Shown here one piece after another: positions 26,989-39,974 of a DNA stretch of 64,000 bases (position 1 is the stretch's first letter; the number at the start of each line of letters is the position of its first letter). The notes beneath the pieces are model-generated. The model was not told where the DNA came from and did no database searches. It saw only the letters and a program-made list of their open reading frames with translations. The translations under genes and the position numbers were made by a program. The stretch comes from Octopus vulgaris (lineage: Eukaryota): assembly GCA_951406725.2 (NCBI GenBank), contig OX597818.1:31496001-31560000 (forward strand). Reading direction: 5' to 3'.

Positions 26989-27255
26989 AAATAAAAAAAA
27001 TAAAAGCGCCCTTTTAAGGCCTAGTCAGGCTCATGGGCCCGGTTTCCCGGTTTAAATGGAGTATATGCTCCCCAGCTGGACGGGACGGCAGTCCATCGCA
27101 GCGTTACTAATTTTTTGCCAGCTGAGTGGATTGGAGCAACGTGAAATGAAGTGTTTTGCTGAAGAACACAACGCATCGCCCGGTCCAGGAACCAAAACCA
27201 CAATCTTACGATCATGATGCTGACACCCTAACCACTAAGCCACGAGCCTCCACAT
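26989..27255 (-). mobile_element. SINE family B
   Basis: Near-identical to 24029-24290; TSD TACTGGCTTA at 26979-26988 and 27258-27267. Confidence 0.9.
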
Positions 27256-27594
27256 TATACTGGCTTACCAAGCAGTAAAATGATATTTTGAAGAGTGCAA
27301 GAGAAGGATTAGGAAGGTGCTCGAAACAAAACTAAATGGAGGGAGTATCATCAGAGCTTGAATGCATGGGCCCATGGCAGTATTAAGACAGTTTGCTTCT
27401 TCTCAGAAATGAACTTTCTTTCCCCAACCATATCACACTCTCTCACGAATGATCATGGGATTGCACCTAGAAAGTTCCCCTCCGAGGCCCAAGTCCGGAT
27501 AAGATTATTTTGTGGAAAACTAGCAGTCACCCATGCATACCAGTCTCCCCTCTCCATGCCCTCGATGATGCCCAAGGAAAGGCAAAGGTCGAGA

Positions 27595-28070
27595 TGGCCT
27601 GGCAAAAGTGAACAAAGAAATTAAGAAAATTGAGAAATAACTGGACCTAGCTGCAGAGATGAAGTGATGCTGCAAAGGTCGAGATGGTCTGGCAAAAGTG
27701 AACAAAGAAATTGAGAAAATTGAGAAATAACTGGACCTAGCTGCAGAGATGAAGTGATGCTGGAAGACAAAATTGACAGCTGTACCTGTGATAATTGGAG
27801 CCCATTCAAACATTCAGACTGCTAGGATGGTACCTGAGAGGCTGAAGAATATTGGAATTATGACAGGCACTCCTTTATTCTGCAATAATATTAAGGCAAT
27901 CCTTTAGAACTAATCCTTTGACGTAAGACGTTAATGTTTACTAATCCTTTATGACAGGCAATCCTTTATTCTGCAATAATATTAAGAAAGGATCTTGAGA
28001 TTTGAGGGCACTTGTCACCAAACTACTATATAACATCCCTGCTGGCTAAAGTAACATGTAATAGCTTTGT
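27595..28070 (+). mobile_element. Rearranged R4/Dong-type RLE C-terminal fragment
   Basis: KEIEKIEK*LDLAAEMK*CWKTKLTAVPVIIGA...AILYSAIILRKDLEI*, with internal tandem duplications. Confidence 0.7.
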
Positions 28071-28245
28071 AATAATCATTTAAAGACCCCAAAATACAGT
28101 AAGTAGTATGTAAGGGCTAAAAATAGAAACAATGAGGATTAAAATACACACATAAACAAATCCGCCAGAACTTATAAATTTGCCCAAAATTCAGAAATAA
28201 TTAATTCTTGGAACCACAAACTCTTTCCGTAGAATAATTTTATTT

Positions 28246-28562
28246 TAAGGTATACTAGCCATCTCAATATGGCTAACCACTAAGGGTGGGTGTTACTGTA
28301 GCTTGTAGCCCCAGGAGAACATCGTCTCCAGCTGGCTTTAGGCTCACTTTCTGTGCCCTTATGGTATTTGCAAAGGGAGGTCATCTCTCCCTCGTCAACC
28401 TAAGTGATACGCACGGACTGCAGTTTCTAGGTATTTGCCTATCTTCTGGGGCTACAAGCTACAGTAACACCCACCCTTAGTGGTTAGCCATATTGAGATG
28501 GCTAGTATACCTTACATTGTCGTGCAGTTACTGTTTACATCTCGTTCAGAGATTTATTATTG
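28246..28562 (+). mobile_element. Fold-back element with one-sided tail (family G)
   Basis: Perfect 69-bp inverted arms 28246-28314 / 28446-28514, tail 28515-28562. Same family as 53752-54012. Confidence 0.85.
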
Positions 28563-29707
28563 CTTGCAATTTTATTTTAATATACTGGAAAAATACACAA
28601 CGAAAACAACACAATGCCAGAAATCTCGGTTCAGAAATCACGCAATAAAATTGAAACCATCGCCGCTGAATCGTAAGATAGTGAGGTAGGTTAAAAATTA
28701 GATACTCAAAACACATCTGGGCATCCCATCAACAGACGGTGGTAATGGTAGTGGAGTTAGTACACTTTTTTCTTCGATAAATGTTTACAAAATTATTCTT
28801 TTTGTGTCTTACAACTGTAAGTGTTTAAGAATGCATATATTTTCCTTGTTTTCTTTTTCTTTTTAAATCTGTTCATTATTTTTTTTCTTTCTTGAAAATA
28901 ATTTTGGGGGCGTGTTTGTTTTAGTTCTTGAAGCTATCACCAGCGCCAATGTGGAGAGCACCTGCTTTTGATATATCTATGGCGGCCTTTTTGTAACGCT
29001 TGTAAATGTTGTAAATATTTGTCCAAGATATATAAACAGCTAAAAATGTCTAAAGATAAACTTCTGACGTAGATTTTTAAGGTAAAGCTTCAAACAATCA
29101 GAAAGAATTCTGAGAGTAAAATGGAACAAAAAAATTTTATACTGAGGCAATCCTGTTAAGAACCATTTTTTCATAGTGAACTAATATAAATATACATTGG
29201 CTTCAACATGCAGCTGCAGTTGCAACAACAATAATAATAAATACTTCAATTTATGGGTCAAGGCTACTAATATTAGAGGGAGGGGTATAGGCGATTATAT
29301 CATTTTCAGCACTTCAATGCTATCTTATTTTATTGATTCCGGAAGGATAGAAAACAAAATTGAATTAGCAGTATTTACTGTGTTGTTTCCGTTGTGTATT
29401 TTTCAGGATATTAAAATAAAATTATTCCACGGAAAGAGTGTATGGTGCCAAAAACTAATTATTTCTGAATTTTGGACAAATTTATACGTTCTCACCTCCT
29501 TCTCCTTTTGGGGGAATTTGTATCCAGAATGTAAAGACGAACGAAATGCTACTAAACGATTCTGCCAGCCCACCACCCTAAGTTCCGGAAGAAACCTTGC
29601 AAACAATTTTGCCTGGCTCTCTAACAATTCTGCAAGCACGTCACTTTAATAATAATAAGGGTGATAATTAATTATTTCTATGTGGCATAGAGATACTTTA
29701 GAACAAA

Positions 29708-30300
29708 TGTCACTGATAGACTTTGTACTCGCCTCTGATCTTTTAATTCTGTGCTGAACGTTCGTGTAAAGAGAGAGGCAAAGCTATCAATTGGTTACCA
29801 CCTTGTTATCAGCATCTTGAGACTATTAACAGCAGGGAGAACTCACAACACTGGTAAGTCGAGTGCGATTTACAAGATAAAGAAAGAAGCCTTGGCGGAT
29901 GATCAGGTCAGAAACAAATCTGAGGATACTATTATTCAGACAAAACTACTGGAAAGTGTTTTTTTCAGAAAATTCTTCTTCAGCTGTACAGTGATGCAGA
30001 CAATAGCGGCTTGGCGTAGCGCTAGGTAATAAAAGAAACCCTACTTTAACTAGGATGTTAAAAATTCCATTAGAGGAAGAAAGGAAGCTTACAAAGCATG
30101 GCTTGGAAAAGAAGTCTTCTCTTGCGCAAGTGTTACACCGAGGCGAAAAAAGTTGCAGCAACGAAAGTAAAATGGTATAAGGCTATGTCATAGGAGGGCT
30201 TTGGGATTAAACTGGACTCTGATTTTAGATTAAGCAATAAAGTATTCTGGCTAGCCATCCATTGACTTCGTAACCAGAAGCCCTCTTCCTCTGTTCTGGA
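29708..30300 (+). mobile_element. Decayed RTE-like LINE (APE endonuclease end and linker)
   Basis: SLIDFVLASDL..SVLNVRVKREAKLSIGYHLVI (resembles IDF...VKRGAELSTDHHLV), later KLDSDFRLSNKVFW. Confidence 0.7.
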
Positions 30301-30440
30301 AATGCTTGATTTGTCCCCCAAGGATCTTTACCTTGAAACTTTTTTCAAAGTGTGCTGTATCACATGATATAGTGAACCTTTCAAAAATTTTCGTAATTTA
30401 TTTCCGCCATATCTGTTGCTTAGGCTTTGTATATTTGTAT

Positions 30441-30833
30441 GGATGGGGATGGAAGCACTCCGTCGGTTACGACGATGAGGGTTCCGGTTGATCCGACCAA
30501 CGGAACAGTCTGCTCGTGAAATTAACGTGTAAGTGGCTGAGCACTCCACAGACACGTGTACCCATAACGTAGTTCTCGGGGATATTCAGCGTGACACAGA
30601 GAGTGACAAGGCCGGCCCTTTGAAATACAGGTACAGCAGAAACAGGAAGAAAGAGTGAGAGAAAGTTGTGGTGAAAGAGTACAGCAGGGATCACCACCAT
30701 CCCCTGCCGGAGCCTCGTGGAGCTTTAGGTGTTTTCGCTCAATAAACACTCACAACGCCCAGTCTGGGAATCGAAACCGCAATCCTACAACCGCGAGGCC
30801 GCTGCCCTAACCACTGGGCCATTGCGCCTCCAC
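30441..30833 (-). mobile_element. SINE with family C head and alternative tail 2
   Basis: TSD TATATTTGTAT at 30430-30440 and 30834-30844. Tail shared with 49008-49187. Confidence 0.9.
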
Positions 30834-32011
30834 TATATTTGTATAGACCTCATTGACTCAATGTCCTTCGAAGCAATGTCCTTCTAAGCAACAAGGAAAG
30901 TGCAAGGGCATTTATTAACATCTTTATTGTTGTTGTTGATGCTTTTGTTGTTGTGCTTTACTTCCGTTCAGTCAGGGAGAGAATGGCTACACCGATGACC
31001 CTTTTAAGTCTTGTGAGCCTCTGAAACTGCTGGGAGAAAAGGTGATAGATTTTTTCCGAAACCAGAGAGCTGTCTAGGATGCTTGCAACGCATTGCATCC
31101 ACTAAAGTCACCCTAGGCTCAAAAGATAGAGTTAGACCGGACGACGAATTAAGTTAAGTTAAGTTAATTTTTTGGCTCAAAAAGCAAAAAGCACGGCCAT
31201 ATCCTTTAGTTTTGTATGTTGTTGTTGTCCCTGCTTTTGTTATTTGACTATTTTCTGTAGATTTTGTTCTACTTCGTTTCAGACGAAAAAAAAAAAAATA
31301 ATAATCTTTGCCCCTGGTATGAAAAACGAGAAAAATACCGACAAATACTAAAGACAAAGTAGATGATATAGAAACGAGTACGTGAAAAAAAAAAAACTAA
31401 CTAAAATAATACAATTCCCAACAATCTTTAATCGCCATAATTGTTCATGGTGACAGGGCTTAATGAGATAGGATAAGATTAATTGAAAGTTGTCAGATGA
31501 GATAAATGATAAATATATTTCATGACAGTCAGAAAAGAGGTGTGTTTTCTTTTCACCGATGTCATTATTAATATGGTGTCTGTACAGTGTTACTTTCCAT
31601 TACATTAATAAAGTTAAATGTAATTCTATAATTCTATAAACATACTGGTTTATTAAAATACAACTAGTGATCAAAGTAGCTTCTGTGTAGTCGTTTGACC
31701 TGCTAAAGTTAGTAGAGTATTGTTTTCGTAAATCACTCGCTGCCGCCGTTAAACATCGAATGACTATGAAGTGTTACGTTTCATTACTATAATATAGTTA
31801 AATATAATACATTTTTCTACAAACATACCAGTTTATTAAAATGCCTTCAGCCAACAATTTTGCTTCCATGTTGTCATTCGGTCTAATGTACTGATCAGCC
31901 GGTTTTCTTTTCCATAAACCAAACGTTCCTATTTTTAAACAAAGAATGGACTCCTTAGGTATAATATATTTGGGAAACCAATGATGAGGTCCTTTATCTT
32001 TTAATAGATTC

Positions 32012-32838
32012 AATCATTTGATTGCGACCATGCAAGGGCACCACATTGAAGGGTTTTAGTCGAACAAATCGACCCCAGGACTATTCTTTTAAACCTGGTA
32101 CTATTCTATTGGTCTTTTGCCGAACCGTTAAGTTACGGGGATGTAAACATACCAGCACCGGTTGTCAAGCGGTAATGGAGGACAAACACGCATACATACA
32201 TACATATATACATACATACACATATGTAAATATTATTATTTCTAAATCTCTCTAAAGGAGACTACGGCAGCAGTACTGGGTATTAATAGTTATTGCCAAG
32301 CCAACATGGCAGTCCACAAAAATAGGACGAATGCTCCAAGAGGCCATCACCTCTAGCTAGCTTTGTGACACACAAATCTGTGTCGATTAGCTTCTTTTGG
32401 AGTTAACCAACGGCAGCATTCGTCCTATTTTTGTGGACTGCCATGTTGGCTTGGCAATAACTATTAATATCCAGTACTGCTGACGTAGTCTCCTTTAGAG
32501 AGATTTATAAATAATAATATTTCTATTTTTGAAAACCAGTGGATGTGTTCCACTGAATATAGGTAAATAAACCTTCGAACAGACAGTCAACAGCAACGCC
32601 ACATTGATAAAGAGCAAATACCCTGAAAATAGTCTGTGGATGTCTGAACCAGCATGGCGATCGAAGGTTGTAATGGACACAAGTTTGTGCGCCACATAGC
32701 TAGCCAGAGGCGATGGCCTCTTGGAGCGAATCAATGGCAGCATTTGTCCTATTTTTCTGGACTGCCATGTTAGCTTGGCGATAACTACATACATACATAC
32801 ATACATACATACATACATACATACATACATACATACAT

Positions 32839-32906
<68 letters not shown>

Positions 32907-33066
32907 GGCGCGTTTCTTTCAGTTTCCCTCTACCAAGTCCATTCACAAGGAATTGCTCGGCCCGAGGCTACAGTAGAAGACGCTTTCCCAAAGTGTCTCG
33001 CATTGGGACGGAACCTGGAACCATATGGCTGAGAAGCTAGATTCTTACCACACAGCCACGCCTGCG
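32012..33066 (-). mobile_element. SINE family A split by a fold-back insertion in its central microsatellite
   Basis: Tail at 32012-32190, head at 32905-33066. Confidence 0.8.
32228..32787. mobile_element. Fold-back plus tandem partial copy (distant relative of family G)
   Basis: 108-bp inverted arms 32228-32335 / 32415-32522, and a third diverged copy at 32677-32787. Confidence 0.8.
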
Positions 33067-33545
33067 AGATGTTCATGATAGAAAAATATCACATCATAAG
33101 ATTGGAGATGAACAACGATTAGATGACAAGAAGAGCAAACAATGAGTAAAGATCTCCTGCCAGTGGAGAGTACCAGCACTATAAAATTGGATAGTGGTTA
33201 TTTTATCGTGCAGAACGGAGTTCAAATCGTTCATGGAACTTGAAAAACGACGTCGCGTTAGAGAACACCAATAGTATCGAACTTTCCTGCTATTGGAGGA
33301 GGAATCTTGAATAATAACCAACATATAATAGTATCTACGCAAAAGCCAAATTCATGTTACATTCATCTCAAGAGTCTCTAATACGATGTTATTTTCTGTT
33401 TTAACACTATTATGAACACGGCTGTGTCACCTTAGGAATTACCCCAAGACAAAGGTAGTAGTCAATATCATTACTAAAAGGAAAGAATAAAAGTTATATA
33501 TGATGTTACATGGGACCTATCTACCTATCTATCTATCTATCTATC

Positions 33546-33700
33546 CATCAGGTGTCGAAGTGATCGCAGAGCAACGTGAGATGAAGTGTTTTGCTCAAGA
33601 ATATAACACACAACTCGGTTGGGGAGTTGAAACCACGGTGTCGAGAATCATGATCATGAGTGGAGTGGAGTGAGAAGCCTAACCACTAGGCCATCCACAC
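33546..33700 (-). mobile_element. Truncated SINE (B-like head, tail 3)
   Basis: Shares GTTGYTCTGCGATCACTTCGACA with 53325-53575. Confidence 0.65.
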
Positions 33701-33703
33701 TAG

Positions 33704-34033
<330 letters not shown>

Positions 34034-34039
34034 CGTACG

Positions 34040-34128
<89 letters not shown>

Positions 34129-34949
34129 CGCACACACACACACACACTTATATACTCTTCACTAAAAAGTGAGTCAAACGTATTTTTGTAAGTTTGGCAT
34201 GTTAAAATGTTGTATACACTGCAATGAAAATATACGCATAAAATTCTGTCATACTTCCTCTACACGCTGGCAATTTTTTTAAAAGTAAAGCCTACATTGC
34301 AAAGTTACACATTGAGTTTTATTAAGAAAAACGAAACGCCGAAGATATTCAAATTTTCATCTATGATTCATAAGTGTCAAATTCTCAGGTAAAAACAGAA
34401 AATATAAAAATTATACATATAGAAAGTTGATGACCCTGTTGTTTTGAGTTGCTCTTTATAAGAAAAATTTTGGAAAATGCATGTAAAATGTCACGAAGTA
34501 GTCTTTATATTTCTTTTCAATGAAAGTCTAAAAGAAGTTTCTCTTTATGTTTCAATAAAAAGTTACGTATAAATAGCTCTAATTACAGATTAAATCAGAT
34601 ATTTTTTTTATGATATCTGGGAAGGCATATCTAATGTAAAGAAAATAAGCAAGACATAAGCTCAAAATAATCCTATGAAGTGTCTTTTTTCATTGCAAAA
34701 TTTTGGCTTTTTTTTTTCCTCTAAAGATATCAAAAATTTTTCTTTTATGCTAATTTTGGCTATTACTATCAAATTATTAGTGTTTGTGAATCAGCCACAA
34801 CATTCTTCGATATCCACAAGCTACCGCAGAAGGAAATTTCTATTTTTTCTACCTTTCATAAGGAATTAGGTCTTCGCTTCCAGAAAACTGTTTATACTAC
34901 AAGAAAGAAAGCATTCGATAGGTCTGGAATTACACAAGTAGACATGACT

Positions 34950-35380
34950 GGGTAAAATTCTTAGTTCTTTTAGGAAAGAAGAAAAGCTTCCAGCAACTCT
35001 GAAGACTAAGATTATCAGAATCACTATTTGAAGGAAAATGAGAAAGATGTTGCTTTTGTATCTAATACATATGGAGGAAGCTTCTGCTGACCATGAAAAT
35101 CACTAAGGGTTGAATCACATGTCTGCGATTACGTCTGTTTTCTGAAAGTCATCTGAAATGATTAATTAAGATTGGTGCTCAATATTGCAGCCATAGACAG
35201 CTTCCTTCGCAGAATTGGGGAGAGATTTCATTCTGTGAGTATTTCCATGACTGTGAAGCATGAAGGAGATGTTATGGTGCATGTTTTTATATACTGATGA
35301 TGGCGAACTTATAACGTATGAGCAGTCTGTTAGGGCTTTGGAATGCATGAAACTGATAGGCATTTTTGGCATGTAATGAT
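34950..35380 (+). pseudogene. Decayed Tc1-family transposase remnant
   Basis: 35202-35285 translates FLRRIGERFHSVSISMTVKHEGDVMVHV, resembling the Tc1 RR.GE...TVKHGGGSVMVWG motif. Confidence 0.6.
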
Positions 35381-35401
35381 GGAAACAGGTTGCTTATCGT
35401 G

Positions 35402-35700
35402 CAGGCACATGGTCTAGTTGTTAGAGCAGCGGACTCGCGGTCGAGGGATCGCGGGTTCGAATCTCAGACCAGGCGATGTGTGTGTTTATGAGCAAAAACA
35501 CCTAAACTCCACGCGGCTCCGGCAGAAGGTAATGGTGAACTTCTGCTGACTCTTTCGCCACAACTTTCTCTCACTCTTTCATCCTGCATCTTGCAGCTCA
35601 CCTGCTACGGACCGACGTCCCGTCCAGGTGGGGAACCTATACGCCAAGAAACCGGGAAACCGGCCCTTATGAGCGAGGCATGGCTCGAGAAGGAACAAAC
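35402..35700 (+). mobile_element. SINE family C
   Basis: Near-identical to 23354-23655; imperfect TSD AAACAG(G/T)TTGCTTAT(C/G)GTG. Confidence 0.9.
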
Positions 35701-35916
35701 AAACAGTTTGCTTATGGTGTGCAAATCAAAAATATTACATTTATTTACACGTTGCTCTTAATCCGTTTCGATATTTACTATCACCGTCTGAGCCTTCAGA
35801 GCCTTTATTGGACTCAATTACTCAGTTCAATCTCATTCCTTTGTCTCATGTATACCTTTAGCAGAGTCTACTTTGTTGGATGCATTTGGGCTAAGTCTAC
35901 AGTTTAATAAAATCTT

Positions 35917-36573
35917 CCATATATTTTCTGTTTTACAGCATTTTTTGAAATTTTAAAATTAAGTGAAAATTTTCTAATTTTGTGTATTGATGTAATTTTT
36001 CACGCTGAATCTCGGGGCCTAATTCACTTGTTTCAGATATCTTTTTAAAAAAGGGTCAAAGGTTTAAACTTTGATAATTTTTAACCAATCAAAAAACAGA
36101 CGACAAAACAATGATGTTAACATTGCTGCGATAGCACGTGTTTTGTGTATTTAATAATCGAATAATGATGAAAAAACCAGTAGGCAACACATATTTTGTA
36201 CTTTTAGACATTCAAGAGCTTGGTATTGAAAATGTAATGTAAAATATCCAAAAGCAGCCACAAATGGGCACAGTAGAAAACACTGCGTAGAATATCAGTT
36301 TGTAAACACGTGTGGTGTTTTGTAAACAAGAGTTCTAACGCTTGGCTTGTTACTATGGAAACGGGCACCTATGTCTGTGGTTTTCGATTGACGAAAATTA
36401 CTCAAAATTTGTAAAGTTTAAAAAGCTATTAACTGTTTATTTATTGATTTATTACAAAAATGAATTTCATGTCAATAATTAGCATACAAAACTAAATCAG
36501 CACACCAAATTTGAAATGTATTGTAGCAAAACTGAAGAAATTGAAAAATGGCAACGAAACAGAAAAGGTCCCT
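35917..36573. mobile_element. Old non-autonomous DNA transposon (possibly Kolobok-like)
   Basis: Imperfect inverted ends (TTTTCTGTTT / AAACAGAAAAGGTCCCT), with homologous pieces at 19700-20090 and 21650-22313. Superfamily is tentative. Confidence 0.5.
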
Positions 36574-36999
36574 AACTTCCTTTCTTCTTGCCACAAATCT
36601 CGGGGACCCTATAAAGAATTATGGAGACAGCTTTTAAGCATCTTTAAACGACTTTTATAAAATCACTCTGTTGTAAGCTTTGAGGCCAAGTTCCTGAGCT
36701 CCATGGGGCTGCTTAGTTCATTCTACAGCAATATTTGAATTATATTTTCTTCCTTTATCATGAATCACTAGTTTAGAAGGTATTGTTAAAAGTTGTGGGC
36801 AGCGCCATTTCTCTTCTGATTATACTATAATATCAAGTTCTGTTATTTTATAAAACGAAAGAACATCAACCTTCATCTTCGTGTGATTTGAACTCAAATC
36901 AGTTGCAGTGATACAACAAGATTTAGATTCTATGGTGAATTCTGATTGGCAATCTTACTGTCTTGGCATTTTGTGTTTGTTTCATCGTTTGGTGTGAAA

Positions 37000-37745
37000 A
37001 ATAATGAAATGGGAAGAAGAAAGAAGATGAAGCGTAAATGAAAGTAATAAGAATGGCACAAAGATAAGACAATAACAAGCAAAAAATGAAAAAAAAAGAA
37101 AGAGAATTAATGAATAAAGCTTGAAAGAACTGAGTCTGTACGAATAAATAAGGTAAGAAGAAGCAGACGATAGAACGAAAGAAAAGGATGAAAAAAAAAT
37201 AAAAGAAAAAAATAACACATAAGATTGATGAAAGAGGCGAAAGAATGATAAAAGAAACTGTATATGGGAAAAGAAAAAATAATAATGAATGAAGGAAAAA
37301 TTAAATGAAACGAATGATGAAAGAGAGAAAGAGAGTGGAAAGAAGAATAAATAAATAAAAGTTGCCGAAGAAATGAAAAAGGAAAAAGAAAAAATAATGA
37401 AGGAAAGAGGAAAATGCAAATAATTGGATTTTCTATGAACAACAATAGAAACAATAACAATTGTAATAACAACATCTACAGTGTCAATAATAAGGACGAT
37501 GTTGACAACAACAACAACAACAACAACAACAACGGCAGCAAAAGTAACAACAACAACAAACATTGCGACAAAATTACGTCAGCTATAAAATGTACAATGT
37601 CGTTATGAATTGAAAAGAAATGCGGAAAAAACAGAATATTTGGTAAAAGAAAACCAACAGCAACAACAACAACATACAAAATAAAATAAAATAAAGAGAC
37701 ACATCCACCAAGAACAACAAATAACACTAAAGGCGGCAACAGCGT
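37000..37745. repeat. Purine-rich low-complexity tract and (CAA)n
   Basis: Direct reading. Confidence 0.85.
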
Positions 37746-37839
37746 CACCCATTATAAACAATAGTGCACCTCGTGTGCACGTCTTTCAGCAATGCACACA
37801 CACACATGCGTACACGCGCTGCGCATACAAACACACATG

Positions 37840-37887
<48 letters not shown>

Positions 37888-38095
37888 GTACAAAAACACC
37901 CGCACGAATATAAAGATTACATGCAACGTATACGCATGCGTGGCATCTAGTTTGTGGTCGCGGTGTATTTTATGACTGTTTATAGCCGTCAACTTACCGT
38001 TTAATTAGACTTCCGATGAAATGTCGTCTTTAACGAAATACCAGGAATTGTCGTCATAAGATGCAGAAAGTTATCATAAAATGTCACACATGTCA

Positions 38096-38126
38096 ACTGC
38101 TGCTGCTGCTGATGCTACCACTACTG

Positions 38127-38193
<67 letters not shown>

Positions 38194-38245
38194 TACAACT
38201 ACTACCACCACCACTACTACTACTACCACCACCACCACCACCACC

Positions 38246-38289
<44 letters not shown>

Positions 38290-38305
38290 TACTACTACTA
38301 CTACT
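38096..38305. repeat. (CTG)(CTA)n(CCA)n compound microsatellite
   Basis: Direct reading. Confidence 0.95.
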
Positions 38306-38437
38306 TTCTGCTATAAGCAAAAAAGCCAGAAATTTTGAGGATAGGGATCTGGTCGAGTACATCTATCCCAATGCAAGACTTGTGCATATTTTATCAACTG
38401 ACAATAATCATGATAACGATGATGATAATAATAATAC

Positions 38438-38734
38438 GCCCTGATGCAGTACCAGGCAGTATCTCTCGTGGCTTCTGATCGGTGTTTCTTTCGGTGTTTC
38501 GTTCAAAATCCTTAAAAACCCTTATTCAGAGACCTTTTGAGCGGGATGGTCCACTCAACCTGAAGAAAGTTCTAACTGGGCCCCACCTGCAAGGTTATGT
38601 GCTGCTTATCTCGATATGGCTGTGATGCATGTGCCTGGTGTACCCTTATCAGACGGGTAGTCATGGTAGATATATTGGGCTTCCTATATTTGTATCACAG
38701 CGTCACTTTGATAGTATGCGCTGCTCTCTCACTC
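38438..38734 (+). mobile_element. Family E element, internally deleted
   Basis: Same start (GCCCTGATGCAGTACCAG) and end (CTGCTCTCTCACTC) as 38848-39393; (TAA)n flanks. Confidence 0.8.
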
Positions 38735-38740
38735 AATAAC

Positions 38741-38802
<62 letters not shown>

Positions 38803-38847
38803 TAATAATGATAATTATGGTAATTTGTAATGATAATAATAATAAAT

Positions 38848-39393
38848 GCCCTGATGCAGTACCAGACAGTGGCTCTCATGGCTTCTGTTCTTAACTGATT
38901 GGAAGTGTTATCATGTACATTGTTTTGTCTTGGTATAAAAGATGGGCTACAGCAAATATTCTGCTCAATACCACATATTTGCTTGTCAGTTGTTTAACCA
39001 TAACCAGTTGAGCATGTCCGTTATTGGCTGGCGTATGTGCATCACGAGCATAAGTAGTGAGGGAGCACCATAGCCATGTGTTGAAAGGAATTCTTAGAGG
39101 TTTGGATAATTCACCTTTGGAAACATGGGTAGTTCGTTCAACATCCTCAAGCAATCTTTATTCAGGGACCTTTTGAGCGGGTTGGATTACTCGACCAGAA
39201 GAAAATTCTAACTGGGCCCTACTTGCAAGGACATGTGCTATTTATCTTGATATGAGATCACCATGCCGCGCACATATGGTTGTAATGCATGTGCCTGGTG
39301 TACCCTTATCAGACGGGTAGTCATGATGGGTATACTGGGCTTCGTATATTTTACTCCGGTGTCACTTTGATGGCATGCACTGCTCTCTCACTC
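38848..39393 (+). mobile_element. Family E element, apparently full length
   Basis: Homologous to 6826-7346 (inverted); (TAA)n on both sides. Confidence 0.85.
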
Positions 39394-39447
39394 AATAATA
39401 GTAATAATAATAATAATAATAATAACAACAGCAACAACAACAACAGC

Positions 39448-39483
<36 letters not shown>

Positions 39484-39508
39484 AATAATAATAATAATAA
39501 TAATGATG

Positions 39509-39578
<70 letters not shown>

Positions 39579-39585
39579 TAATAAT

Positions 39586-39800
39586 ACTTGCGATCACAAT
39601 ATAGCGGCGAAAGAATTTGACGAGACCACTAAATATAAAAGCGACTACAGTCCCAGTGATTGTAGGATCTCTAGGAATGATAAAAATGGTACTGAAACCT
39701 ATTTGAAAATGATGCCAGGCTTACCATCCCTACAGGAAGTGCAAAAAATCGTGTTAACTGGAACGACTCATGCACTGAGAAGAGCATTATCGCTGTCAAA
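39586..39800 (+). mobile_element. R4/Dong-type RLE C-terminal fragment
   Basis: CDHNIAAKEFDETTKYK / TTVPVIVGSLGMIK / GLPSLQEVQKIVLTGTTHALRRALSL, directly after (TAA)n. Confidence 0.8.
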
Positions 39801-39974
39801 ACAACATCCATTCAAGAATTTATTTATTAATTTTTTTTAATACGTGTTTTACCTGTGAATTTGCGTGTGTAATCTGGGAATGCATACAAGGTGCTTCTCT
39901 GCCATAGGTGTACGGAAAATACTCGGCGAGAAATGGAAGAAAATTTGAAGAAAAAAGGAAAAAAATATATAATA

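Noticed and set aside
28345-28390. SECIS-like ATGA...AAA...GA on the minus strand of family G
   Set aside because: The helix next to the core pairs poorly, and no UGA-containing ORF is linked.
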